Positions 1 to 7,449 of a stretch of DNA of 42,070 nt are shown in pieces; within the stretch, counting starts at the first letter, position 1, and every line of letters starts with the position of its first letter. The notes under the pieces were generated by a model. It searched no databases. It worked only from the letters and a program-made list of their open reading frames with translations, and was not told the DNA's origin. The stretch covers positions 1 to 42,070 of IMG/VR virus record IMGVR_UViG_3300045580_000043, one strand, 5' to 3'. The position numbers and the translations under genes were made by a program. This DNA is from a virus (lineage: Duplodnaviria; Caudoviricetes).

Positions 1-126
1 GGACTTGGCCTCGGCCTTGCGAACCGCAGCGGCCTCGATGGCGTCACGTCCGAGCCGCAGCATCTCGGCCACCCCGATCAGGCCGAGGGCCTGAGCCACC
101 GATGCCAGTGCGTGAGTCTGGCCGAG
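1..126. repeat. Terminal overlap, identical to 41930-42055 (circular assembly overlap)
   Basis: Base-by-base identity of 1-126 with 41930-42055; a reading frame runs through it. Confidence 0.95.
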
Positions 127-657
127 CGCATCGGCCTTCCAGACCTTGCCGATGGCCTCGGCGGCCTTGCGGATGGCCTCGGTCTCGCGGTCGACGTGAG
201 CCGATCCGCCCGCCCGCGCGGCCTTGACGGCCTTCACGTCATCCACGCGGCCACCCGCGGCCTTGACTTCCGAGAGGAAGGCCGAGAGGTCCTCGGCATC
301 ATCCTCGCCGAACGACTCGCCGCGGCCGAGGGCCTCCACCGAGCGCAGGATGACGGTATCACCGATCCCCTTGCACGCCTCGGGGCTCACGGTCTTGGCC
401 GTACCAATCTTGACGGCATTCGTGCAGTGCGTCGGCGAGACCTCGAAGCCCATCTCAGCCGCCAGACGAGGCCCAAAGACCTTGAACGGAAGGCCCGCGC
501 GGGTGTGCGCCTCGGTCTTGGCGAGATTGAAGAGGGCCACCGAGAGGTTGTCGCGGGCCTTGCCGAATGCGGTCGCGGCGGTCTTGACGGCCTCGGCAAT
601 CTTGCGCTCGGCGGGCGAGAGGGCGGCGACGAGGGCGGCGGTCTTGGTTTCGGACAT
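1..657 (-). CDS. 5' part of a 264-aa junction-spanning early protein, putative HTH DNA-binding protein (continues at 41929-41792)
   Basis: ATG at 657 with upstream GAAAGGAAAG; open frame MSETKTAALVAALSPAERK...; in frame with ORF 41792..42028; HTH-like segment RLAAEMGFEVSPTHCTNAVKIG; missed by the ORF track. Confidence 0.85.
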   Translation of the reverse strand, partial: MSETKTAALVAALSPAERKIAEAVKTAATAFGKARDNLSVALFNLAKTEAHTRAGLPFKVFGPRLAAEMGFEVSPTHCTNAVKIGTAKTVSPEACKGIGDTVILRSVEALGRGESFGEDDAEDLSAFLSEVKAAGGRVDDVKAVKAARAGGSAHVDRETEAIRKAAEAIGKVWKADALGQTHALASVAQALGLIGVAEMLRLGRDAIEAAAVRKAEAKS

Positions 658-725
658 TGTTCAACTTTCCTTTCGATTCTGACTCACTGACTTGCCCTCG
701 GGACATCCCCTCGGGCGACAAGTGA

Positions 726-753
726 AGATTAGCAGCGGATCCGAGAGGGTCAA
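726..753 (-). promoter_or_regulatory. sigma70-type early promoter TTGACC-N16-TAATCT
   Basis: Consensus-like hexamers upstream of the junction gene; same spacing as five other early promoters. Confidence 0.7.
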
Positions 754-830
754 CTAATTCTGGCGAAGAATTGTCGAAATTGTGCAAATCGTCCGTACGG
801 CCTTCCATGCGTTCCCGAGGCCCTCGGCCC

Positions 831-845
831 GTCCAACAATTGGAC
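831..845. repeat. 15-bp palindrome copy GTCCAACAATTGGAC
   Basis: Exact copy upstream of the junction-gene promoter. Confidence 0.95.
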
Positions 846-884
846 GGCCCTACGGCCATCCTAGTGCGTCTGGCGCGGCCATCG

Positions 885-899
885 GTCCAACAATTGGAC
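885..899. repeat. 15-bp palindrome copy GTCCAACAATTGGAC
   Basis: Exact copy, 54 bp from the previous one. Confidence 0.95.
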
Positions 900-1316
900 G
901 GCCCGAGGATGCGACCGATAATCAAACGGGGAGGGAGAGAGATGCACGTCCGAATAACTCCCGATGCACCATCGTCCGATAACCTTACGCCACCCGTAGG
1001 GCCGATAAGCGCCACCGAGGGCAACGTCCGATAACCGCGGAACTGTCCGCCAACCGTGGCGCTTGTCGTTGACAAGAAGTCCCCCGCGGGGGGGATTCGG
1101 CGGCTGGTTGTATTATCAAACCTTCTCAGATTTTTCCCCCAAACATTCCGAAGCCCTACTTCTTCTTCTTGATCTTCACCTTCTCAGGGAGCTTCGAGAT
1201 GCTTTGGCTCTTTTTGGACCATCTTTTGGCTATGTCCGGGTGCTGCGAGTACATGAACCTAGCCTGAGCTTTGGACTTGAACGGCATGGCGTGGCTTCCA
1301 AGGGCCCTAGAATGGC

Positions 1317-1670
1317 CTATAAGGCTTCCGGAGAGTCTGGCAGGGTCTGACTAGGGGGCCAGTCTCGAAGGTCTGTAATGCGATTTTCCCGGCCTTGGTG
1401 GAGACGTTCCACAAACCAAGGATTCTGGAAGAAGACAGCCATGAGGGAGACCTCCAGAGTCCTGACCTGAGACTCCTCAAGGTTCAGGCCGTAGATGTCC
1501 GAGATCATCTCTAGGACCTCATGGAGGATGGTGCTGGTAAGAATCTCCTGATTGAGTTTCTTACTGACCTGTATCTCTGGATAAGGGTAGAAGAAGAACT
1601 GTCCAAACTCACCTTCAGGCATCTCTGTGACTACTACAGGAATCCTATAGGTGTTGAACAGCAGCTGCAT
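1317..1670 (-). CDS. Small metallopeptidase-like protein (ImmA/IrrE-like fold, HExxE variant)
   Basis: G+F...I.V...L.....STILHEVLEMI pattern; TGATG coupling to the upstream gene. Confidence 0.55.
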   Translation of the reverse strand: MQLLFNTYRIPVVVTEMPEGEFGQFFFYPYPEIQVSKKLNQEILTSTILHEVLEMISDIYGLNLEESQVRTLEVSLMAVFFQNPWFVERLHQGRENRITDLRDWPPSQTLPDSPEAL

Positions 1671-1909
1671 CAGCGGTCACCCTTTTTCCTGTTCTCAGTC
1701 CGGGACATCACCTTCAGGTTCTTATGGTGGTTGTTCCGTGGGTTGCCGTCCTGATGGTCCACTTCCTTGCCGTCTCCCTTGCGGACCTTGCCCTTCTTGA
1801 TCATCAGTGCCCTAGCCCTGTTGCGGCTGGTCCTGTTCTTGATCTGCTCTGGGCGACCGTGGTACTCACGGTATTCCTTCTTGTAGTCGCGGGGTTCTTT
1901 TCGGGGCAT
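1670..1909 (-). CDS. Small basic HNH-motif protein
   Basis: KEVDHQDGNPRNNHHKNLKVMSRTENR HNH signature. Confidence 0.75.
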   Translation of the reverse strand: MPRKEPRDYKKEYREYHGRPEQIKNRTSRNRARALMIKKGKVRKGDGKEVDHQDGNPRNNHHKNLKVMSRTENRKKGDR

Positions 1910-1912
1910 AGA

Positions 1913-2152
1913 TCACCAAGCCTTGCAGGACCAGTAGCGGGCCTTGGTCTTTGGACCGGGGTTGTCGCAGTTGTGACGGGCACGGAAGTTCTTGCGCCGT
2001 CCGGGGATGTGCTTCTTGATCTTCATGTTCGGATCACCGAAGCGGACGATCTTGGTCTTGTCCCCGTCCTTGACGCAGACAGCTGACTTCTTGGGACCCC
2101 CGGGGGTCTTCCAAGGGACATTTAGCTTCTTGCCTTCGCATGGGCTTGGCAT
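1913..2152 (-). CDS. Conserved basic phage hypothetical protein
   Basis: VRFGDPNMKIK...RRKNFRARHNC...ARYWSCKAW, a pattern I recognise from phage hypotheticals; start MPSP chosen. Confidence 0.7.
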   Translation of the reverse strand: MPSPCEGKKLNVPWKTPGGPKKSAVCVKDGDKTKIVRFGDPNMKIKKHIPGRRKNFRARHNCDNPGPKTKARYWSCKAW

Positions 2153-2319
2153 TTGAACTCCTTGCACATCTCCATGACTTCAGGGGAGACCATCTCCCGC
2201 AGCATCCTCATTCCTCGGGCCAGCTCGGTTGCCGTGTTGATGGCTCCCTGATTCCGGAGATGGTCTTCGTAGAGCAGAACCACGGATGCAGCAAGGATTT
2301 CGAGATCGTCTACATCCAT
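2122..2319 (-). CDS. Hypothetical protein
   Basis: 65-aa ORF coupled to the terminase end, GGGGGAGA RBS. Confidence 0.6.
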   Translation of the reverse strand: MDVDDLEILAASVVLLYEDHLRNQGAINTATELARGMRMLREMVSPEVMEMCKEFKCQAHAKARS

Positions 2320-3959
2320 GTCTCCCCCTGTGGTCTACGTCCGATGGCGTGTTCCATAAACCGCTCCAGCTCCTCATCGATCATCCGTTCCTTGTGGATG
2401 GCCATCTTCCTGTCCGCATCCTGAGCCATCTTGTCCACCCAGAAGCCAACGGCCATGCTCAGGGCGTCCAGACGGTCATCGTGGTGCAGCGATCCCTTGG
2501 CCCTGCTGATGCGACTGAGCTGCCAGATAAGGGAAAATTGGAGAGCCTTTTCGCTGGCATACGCCTTGGTGGACTCGTAATCGTTCTTGATGACCCCGAC
2601 ATCTATGACCAGCTTGTGCTGGCACAGCACTGGCTCAAGGGTGTCGATGATGCGGCGTTCCTTCTGGATGTTGTGCCGAACTTCCTCGGTCGTGCAGGGA
2701 TACTCCCGCATCAGGTACGGCTTCAGGAGCTCGGTGAACATGCCGTCTCCGAAGTTCGACTCAACTAGGATCAGGTTGACCTTGTTGTTCTTGGCGATGG
2801 ATGTCAGCTTCTTCATGACATCCTCCCCGTAACCTCCGGCAAGACCACCACAGGCGGTCACATACAGGAAGCCGTTCAGCATCTTGACCACGCAGTAGGA
2901 GGTCTCGTCGCCTCCACGGCCCGCAGGGTCGATGGTCATGATCCCGCCCTCGTAGGGAATCCACTTGCCTTGGATCTCCATGGGGGCGTAGAAGCGGTCC
3001 CCGTTGAACCCAACGCAAGGCAGGTCCTTGACGATGTTGTTCGGATTCATCGCCCAGATTGGCTTCTCGGGGGCGTTATCCGGGTTCAACCCAAACACAA
3101 TCAGGTCGTTGATCTTCAGCGGATACCTGTCTGCATCGCTGAGGGTCGAGTCCAGCATGAACTGGAGGGCGAAGCCAGTCCTGCCATAGGACGCCTCCCG
3201 CTCCATCAGATCCAGCTCGGTGAACCGCTTTGGATCGGTCGGCTTGCCCGTGGTGCCCGTCTTGAGCATCGGGGCCAGCTTGTCCCCAAAGGCCGTCCTG
3301 AGGCGATCCTCGGGGTATCTGGCTGGCCAGATGCGGGTGATGTACCCCTTCTCGGCGAGACCGTGGTAGATGCTCTGCTCGGTCTGGGGCGTTCCTAGGT
3401 AGATGATCTCTCCACCCGGCTTGAGGACTGCCTCGAACTCAGCCGTGCTTGCCAGCAGCTTGTCCCGCATCACTGCGGTGGCTGAGTTGTTCAGGGACTC
3501 GACATCGTCGGCGATGATGAGATCACCACGGCTACCAGTGATCTGACTGGTGATTCCCTTGGAGACCACGCTCGGAGCCTGACTTGGCGGAGCAGGTCCC
3601 ACATCGAAGGCGATCTTGCTGTTCCTCTGGTGGTCCCTCGGCTTCAGGTGCTGGCAGAAAGGAACCTCGTTGATCAACCTGAGGGTGAAGGTGCTGAAGT
3701 CATCCGCCCGCTGCTTCGAGGCAGACACCACCAGAACGTTCAAGGTGGGGTCATGCAGCAGCCGCCACACGACATAGGCACTGGTGAGCCAGCTCTTGCC
3801 CACCCCACGGAAGGCTTGGATGACTCGACGCCTAGGCCCCTTCTGTAGGTACTTGGCGATGTCCAGCTGCACGGGGGTCGGCTCAGGTAGCCCAAGGTGA
3901 TCCCACGCAAGACACACGAAGTTGCGGAAGTCCTTGAGCTTGTCCTGAGCTTCGCTCAT
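2310..3959 (-). CDS. gp19: Terminase large subunit (T7 gp19-like)
   Basis: IQAFRGVGKS Walker A, DLIIADDVE Walker B, LGTPQT, IDPAGRGGDE and HDDRLDAL nuclease motifs. Confidence 0.97.
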   Translation of the reverse strand: MSEAQDKLKDFRNFVCLAWDHLGLPEPTPVQLDIAKYLQKGPRRRVIQAFRGVGKSWLTSAYVVWRLLHDPTLNVLVVSASKQRADDFSTFTLRLINEVPFCQHLKPRDHQRNSKIAFDVGPAPPSQAPSVVSKGITSQITGSRGDLIIADDVESLNNSATAVMRDKLLASTAEFEAVLKPGGEIIYLGTPQTEQSIYHGLAEKGYITRIWPARYPEDRLRTAFGDKLAPMLKTGTTGKPTDPKRFTELDLMEREASYGRTGFALQFMLDSTLSDADRYPLKINDLIVFGLNPDNAPEKPIWAMNPNNIVKDLPCVGFNGDRFYAPMEIQGKWIPYEGGIMTIDPAGRGGDETSYCVVKMLNGFLYVTACGGLAGGYGEDVMKKLTSIAKNNKVNLILVESNFGDGMFTELLKPYLMREYPCTTEEVRHNIQKERRIIDTLEPVLCQHKLVIDVGVIKNDYESTKAYASEKALQFSLIWQLSRISRAKGSLHHDDRLDALSMAVGFWVDKMAQDADRKMAIHKERMIDEELERFMEHAIGRRPQGETWM

Positions 3960-4168
3960 GCAGCCTCCTCCTCATCTGGATCGAAGGGCATGACCTTGGC
4001 GAGGTTCAACAGCGGTTCACTGGCCCTGACCGAAGCATCGATCCCATTGTCCTTGAGGAACTGACGGGCGACATTCAGGTCTGCGGCGTTGGCCTCCCCT
4101 GACTGGATTCTCTCCAGCAAGGCTCGGCCAACGCCCTCATGCAGAAGCTTCAGGATCTCGTCCATCAT
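3956..4168 (-). CDS. gp18: Terminase small subunit (T7 gp18-like)
   Basis: LH...LLERIQSGEANAADLNVARQFLKDNGID; directly upstream of TerL; true start is internal to the listed ORF. Confidence 0.88.
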   Translation of the reverse strand: MMDEILKLLHEGVGRALLERIQSGEANAADLNVARQFLKDNGIDASVRASEPLLNLAKVMPFDPDEEEAA

Positions 4169-4563
4169 GCACCAAGGATCTCGGCCTTGCGCTGGGCCGT
4201 CAGGAGGTTCTGGCTGACCAAGTAGTCCATGCCAGCCACAGTGTTCGGATCGTTGGAGTAAATCTCCTGTGCGGCGGTGGCCAGCGTCAGGAACCGCCAC
4301 GTCACGGGGTCGGTGTCCGAGGCCGCACGGATCGCCGTGAGCTCGGATTCGGTGAACCGCAGCAGGAACTGGTACGCGGTCCACGAACGCGGAGACGCGG
4401 GCGGGTTGAAGCGCGGCGTTGCATCAGCCGTGTAGAGCCAGCCAATCGCGCACTCCTCGTCAGGCAGGAGCTGGAAGCGGCGCTCGGTGTTGGGCTGATC
4501 TTCGTCCCGCTCGACCACCGCAGCAACTTTACCGTTGGAGATGTAGGCGTATCTGTAGCTCAT
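4165..4563 (-). CDS. Tail-fibre-associated protein (possible assembly chaperone)
   Basis: IGWLY motif, QFLLRFTESELTAI...LLTAQRKAEIL; follows the fibre gene. Confidence 0.55.
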   Translation of the reverse strand: MSYRYAYISNGKVAAVVERDEDQPNTERRFQLLPDEECAIGWLYTADATPRFNPPASPRSWTAYQFLLRFTESELTAIRAASDTDPVTWRFLTLATAAQEIYSNDPNTVAGMDYLVSQNLLTAQRKAEILGA

Positions 4564-5564
4564 CGGGTCACCGTGGAGAGGAGGCTCAAGTGATCGACCA
4601 TCATGTAGCGGGTTGAAGTGAGGGTTTGCGTTTGAATCGCAACCATTGGGCTGTGCAGGCTCACGATGGTCATATCAACATAGTTGGGGCCAGCTGCGAG
4701 GGTGCTGTTGCTCAGGGAAGACTTGACCACATCATTGATCTTGCATGTGTAAGTGACATCCCCGCCACTAGCAGCAGTCGTGATCTCGAACTTAGTCCAA
4801 GCGGTGGTAACCGGAACATCGGTCAGAATGATCTTGTAGTTGGCGTAATCCTGTGCTGGACCCACTCCCCAACCACGGTACATAACCCGCCAATATGGAG
4901 TTCCCGACTCTGCGGCACACCAGAAGTAGACTCCATAGTCCAGAGCTCCGGGACCGAACTCCCCACCGTCATCCCACAGAAGGTCTTGTCTTGAGTTAAA
5001 ACCTATTCCCGCTTGAAAGTAGTCAGTCGTTGTGGGGACACTTGGAAGTCGAACAACCGCAGTAAGTTTGTTTGAGCCGAGCGCCAAGCTGAAGACGCTG
5101 GACTGGTTCAAGGTGCTTCCATGTCCCCCAAGCATTGCCAAGCCTCCCGAAGTGGTTGTTACACCAAGTTCGAGATACCCACTCTTTGTCGAGTTTGCTC
5201 CGTAAGTCCGGTTGACAATAGAAGGATTTCGCACGAAGCCGTTGTTCCGCGTGTAGGCAGACCATCCACCGAGTCCAAAGCCTTCGGTCGAGGTGTACGA
5301 CTGAGTTATCAGGGGGACCGTGCCATCGGATCCACCGCCACCACCAGCCGGGACCGCCCACGTTCCATCGCCCCGCAGGAAGGTGGTGTTGTTCGCTGTG
5401 CCAGTTCCGAGCTCGGCAGGAACGTGCTTGTGTCCAAGGCCGCCGACCGTTGAGCCATCCCCGAGGAGAAGCCGTTGAGTGTCGATGGCAAACAGGGGCT
5501 CACCTTGAGCTGGAGTAACCGACGAAAGGTCGGCAGCGTTGCCGCGTCGAATCTGAAGAGGCAT
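4560..5564 (-). CDS. Tail fibre/receptor-binding protein with Mtd-like N-terminal domain
   Basis: LQIRRG...PAQGEPLFAIDTQRLLLGDGSTVGG N-terminus, GTANNTTFLRGDGTW motif, beta-rich C-terminus. Confidence 0.75.
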   Translation of the reverse strand: MPLQIRRGNAADLSSVTPAQGEPLFAIDTQRLLLGDGSTVGGLGHKHVPAELGTGTANNTTFLRGDGTWAVPAGGGGGSDGTVPLITQSYTSTEGFGLGGWSAYTRNNGFVRNPSIVNRTYGANSTKSGYLELGVTTTSGGLAMLGGHGSTLNQSSVFSLALGSNKLTAVVRLPSVPTTTDYFQAGIGFNSRQDLLWDDGGEFGPGALDYGVYFWCAAESGTPYWRVMYRGWGVGPAQDYANYKIILTDVPVTTAWTKFEITTAASGGDVTYTCKINDVVKSSLSNSTLAAGPNYVDMTIVSLHSPMVAIQTQTLTSTRYMMVDHLSLLSTVTR

Positions 5565-5573
5565 GGTGTGTCC

Positions 5574-6185
5574 TTAGGGGATGACGTTGAAGTCGGCGTT
5601 GTAGCCCGTATCGAGTGTGAAATATCCGAAGTCTCGGTGAGTACCTGTCGGATTGGTGAAGGTTCCGTAGTCGAAGGAAGTAACAAGCCGGGTGGCCGTG
5701 AACGTGGTCAACAGGGTGTTGAAGTCCGACAGGTTCCGCAGCTCGTAGGTGTTGGTCACGCCGGGGGCAATGACATCGACGGCGAAGCCGACCTTGAAGC
5801 CGGGGTTGATCGTGATGGTGGCGCTTTGGTTCAGCGTGAAGTTCAGCACCGACCAAGCGCCGGGATTGATCCGGTAGTCATTGGGACTGAGACGGGAAGA
5901 GGTCGTTCGGTAGTAGACCGTGCCACCGCTACCCGAGGTCAGGACCAGCCGGACATCAATCGGTTGATCCGTACCCGTGATGCTTGGATGTGAGGTGTTG
6001 CTTTCGATGGGCGATCCATCGTCGTAGCTCATGTTCGTGGGGTTGAACACGACCGGGTCGGGGGTGAAGTCTCCTTCAGGAAGCGTGGCCTCTGGCTCAA
6101 TCGTTCCGTTGGTCTTCACATCCGTCTTGAGCAGTGCGGGCCAGTTGGGCTCTGACGCACTCACCGTGAACTTGATGAAATTCAT
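5574..6185 (-). CDS. Hypothetical virion protein (beta-rich)
   Basis: GAGGAG RBS before MNFIKF; Thr/Asn-rich; lies in the tail cluster. Confidence 0.7.
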   Translation of the reverse strand: MNFIKFTVSASEPNWPALLKTDVKTNGTIEPEATLPEGDFTPDPVVFNPTNMSYDDGSPIESNTSHPSITGTDQPIDVRLVLTSGSGGTVYYRTTSSRLSPNDYRINPGAWSVLNFTLNQSATITINPGFKVGFAVDVIAPGVTNTYELRNLSDFNTLLTTFTATRLVTSFDYGTFTNPTGTHRDFGYFTLDTGYNADFNVIP

Positions 6186-6195
6186 GCGGTGCTCC

Positions 6196-6573
6196 TCAGT
6201 AGGTGATCCACACGGCCACACCTGAACGGTTGGGATCGCTGTTGTGCGCCCTAGCAGTCAGCTTCAGCTTGATGTAGGGCGGAAAGGTGACGGAGTACGC
6301 CAGCGTCTGCTGTTGGCCGTTTCCTCCGTTGGTGAAGGAAATGCCAGTGATCAACGGTGAGTAGTTGATCCCATCGATGCTTCCCAAGATCTCACACGCC
6401 GCGGCGACATTGCCTTGGGCAAGCTGGGCCACGAACAGCAACCCAGAGTTGTTCACGTTGTTGAGATCGGAGTTCCAAGACAATGTGTCTCCGGTCTCAG
6501 GAGCAACCACAGCCGTTGCCGCATTGATGACGGTGATGTCATTAAATCGGGGGATCAGGAGTTTTGTCTGCAT
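6196..6573 (-). CDS. Hypothetical virion protein (GSIDG motif)
   Basis: GAGGAA RBS before MQTKLL; EILGSIDGINYSPL. Confidence 0.7.
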   Translation of the reverse strand: MQTKLLIPRFNDITVINAATAVVAPETGDTLSWNSDLNNVNNSGLLFVAQLAQGNVAAACEILGSIDGINYSPLITGISFTNGGNGQQQTLAYSVTFPPYIKLKLTARAHNSDPNRSGVAVWITY

Positions 6574-6580
6574 GGTTTCC

Positions 6581-6958
6581 TCAGAAGCAGAGGTTGGCTC
6601 CGCCCACAGTGACTCCCGAGGTGGCTCCGGGTGCGGTGGTGCAGACAAAGCGCATGTAGGGTGCAAGTGCCACGGTACGGAAGATCCCTCCGTTGGTCGT
6701 GGGTGTGGTGAGCACTCCTCCGGTTGCGGTGAAGGCCGTCACAGGAACAATGGGAGCCCAGTTCGTTCCATCGATGCTGCCTTCAAGACGGAATACGAGC
6801 TGAGTGATCGTGGCTCCCGGAATTCCAGACGCCGTCTGGTAGACGTGGAGAAGTCCCGTGTTGTTCGTGTTGCGGACTTCCGTGTTCTTCGTCTCGATGG
6901 CAACCGTGGGTCCATTCCCTACGGCTGTGACGTTGGTTGCAAGGGTGTATGCGATCAT
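6581..6958 (-). CDS. Hypothetical virion protein (GSIDG motif)
   Basis: RLEGSIDGTNWAPI...APYMRF; resembles the neighbouring gene. Confidence 0.72.
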   Translation of the reverse strand: MIAYTLATNVTAVGNGPTVAIETKNTEVRNTNNTGLLHVYQTASGIPGATITQLVFRLEGSIDGTNWAPIVPVTAFTATGGVLTTPTTNGGIFRTVALAPYMRFVCTTAPGATSGVTVGGANLCF

Positions 6959-6967
6959 GTAAAGCCT

Positions 6968-7168
6968 TCAGGGAATGAGTTTGACGATGAATCCCGCGAT
7001 TGCCGAGATGACCGCGGCTGCTCCAAGCATCCAAGCCCTGCTTTGCTCCAGCTCACGGATGCGTTTCTCCAGTGTCTTCAGTTCCTGCTCTTGAATCCGC
7101 AAGGAGGTCATCATGGCGTCCACCTTGCCCTCTAGGCGACCAAGCGCCAGCAGGATCTCCTCGTTCAC
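6968..7168 (-). CDS. Coiled-coil protein with C-terminal transmembrane helix (XhlA-like, possible holin)
   Basis: GTG start with GAGGT RBS; LGRLEGKVD...LEKRIRELEQSRAWMLGAAAVISAIAGFIV. Confidence 0.65.
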   Translation of the reverse strand: MNEEILLALGRLEGKVDAMMTSLRIQEQELKTLEKRIRELEQSRAWMLGAAAVISAIAGFIVKLIP

Positions 7169-7449
7169 GGGTCGTACCTCAGCGCCTTGATTGCATAGCG
7201 GAGACGGCTGTTGCCGCTGAGATTCGGAATGTTCGGGACATTGAAGTTGCCTCCCCCCGGATTTCCGAAAGTGGTGCCTACCACGGCAAACAGAGCCGAG
7301 TAGGTGATCTGGCTGTAGGCCGTTCCATCGCACAGGAGCCACCCCTTGGGCATGGATGCCGAAGTGAGAACCTGAACGGTCCCAATGGGAACCTGCTGGT
7401 CGTTGAATGCACCGACCGTCATCGCGGGATCAATGAGATTGAGCGGCAT
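7165..7449 (-). CDS. Tail collar domain protein
   Basis: PIGTV...PKGWLLCDGTAYSQITYSALFAVVGTTFG...FNVP collar signature. Confidence 0.88.
   Translation of the reverse strand: MPLNLIDPAMTVGAFNDQQVPIGTVQVLTSASMPKGWLLCDGTAYSQITYSALFAVVGTTFGNPGGGNFNVPNIPNLSGNSRLRYAIKALRYDP

Noticed and set aside
4560-5564. Diversity-generating retroelement suggested by the Mtd-like N-terminus
   Set aside because: No reverse transcriptase and no template/variable repeat pair seen
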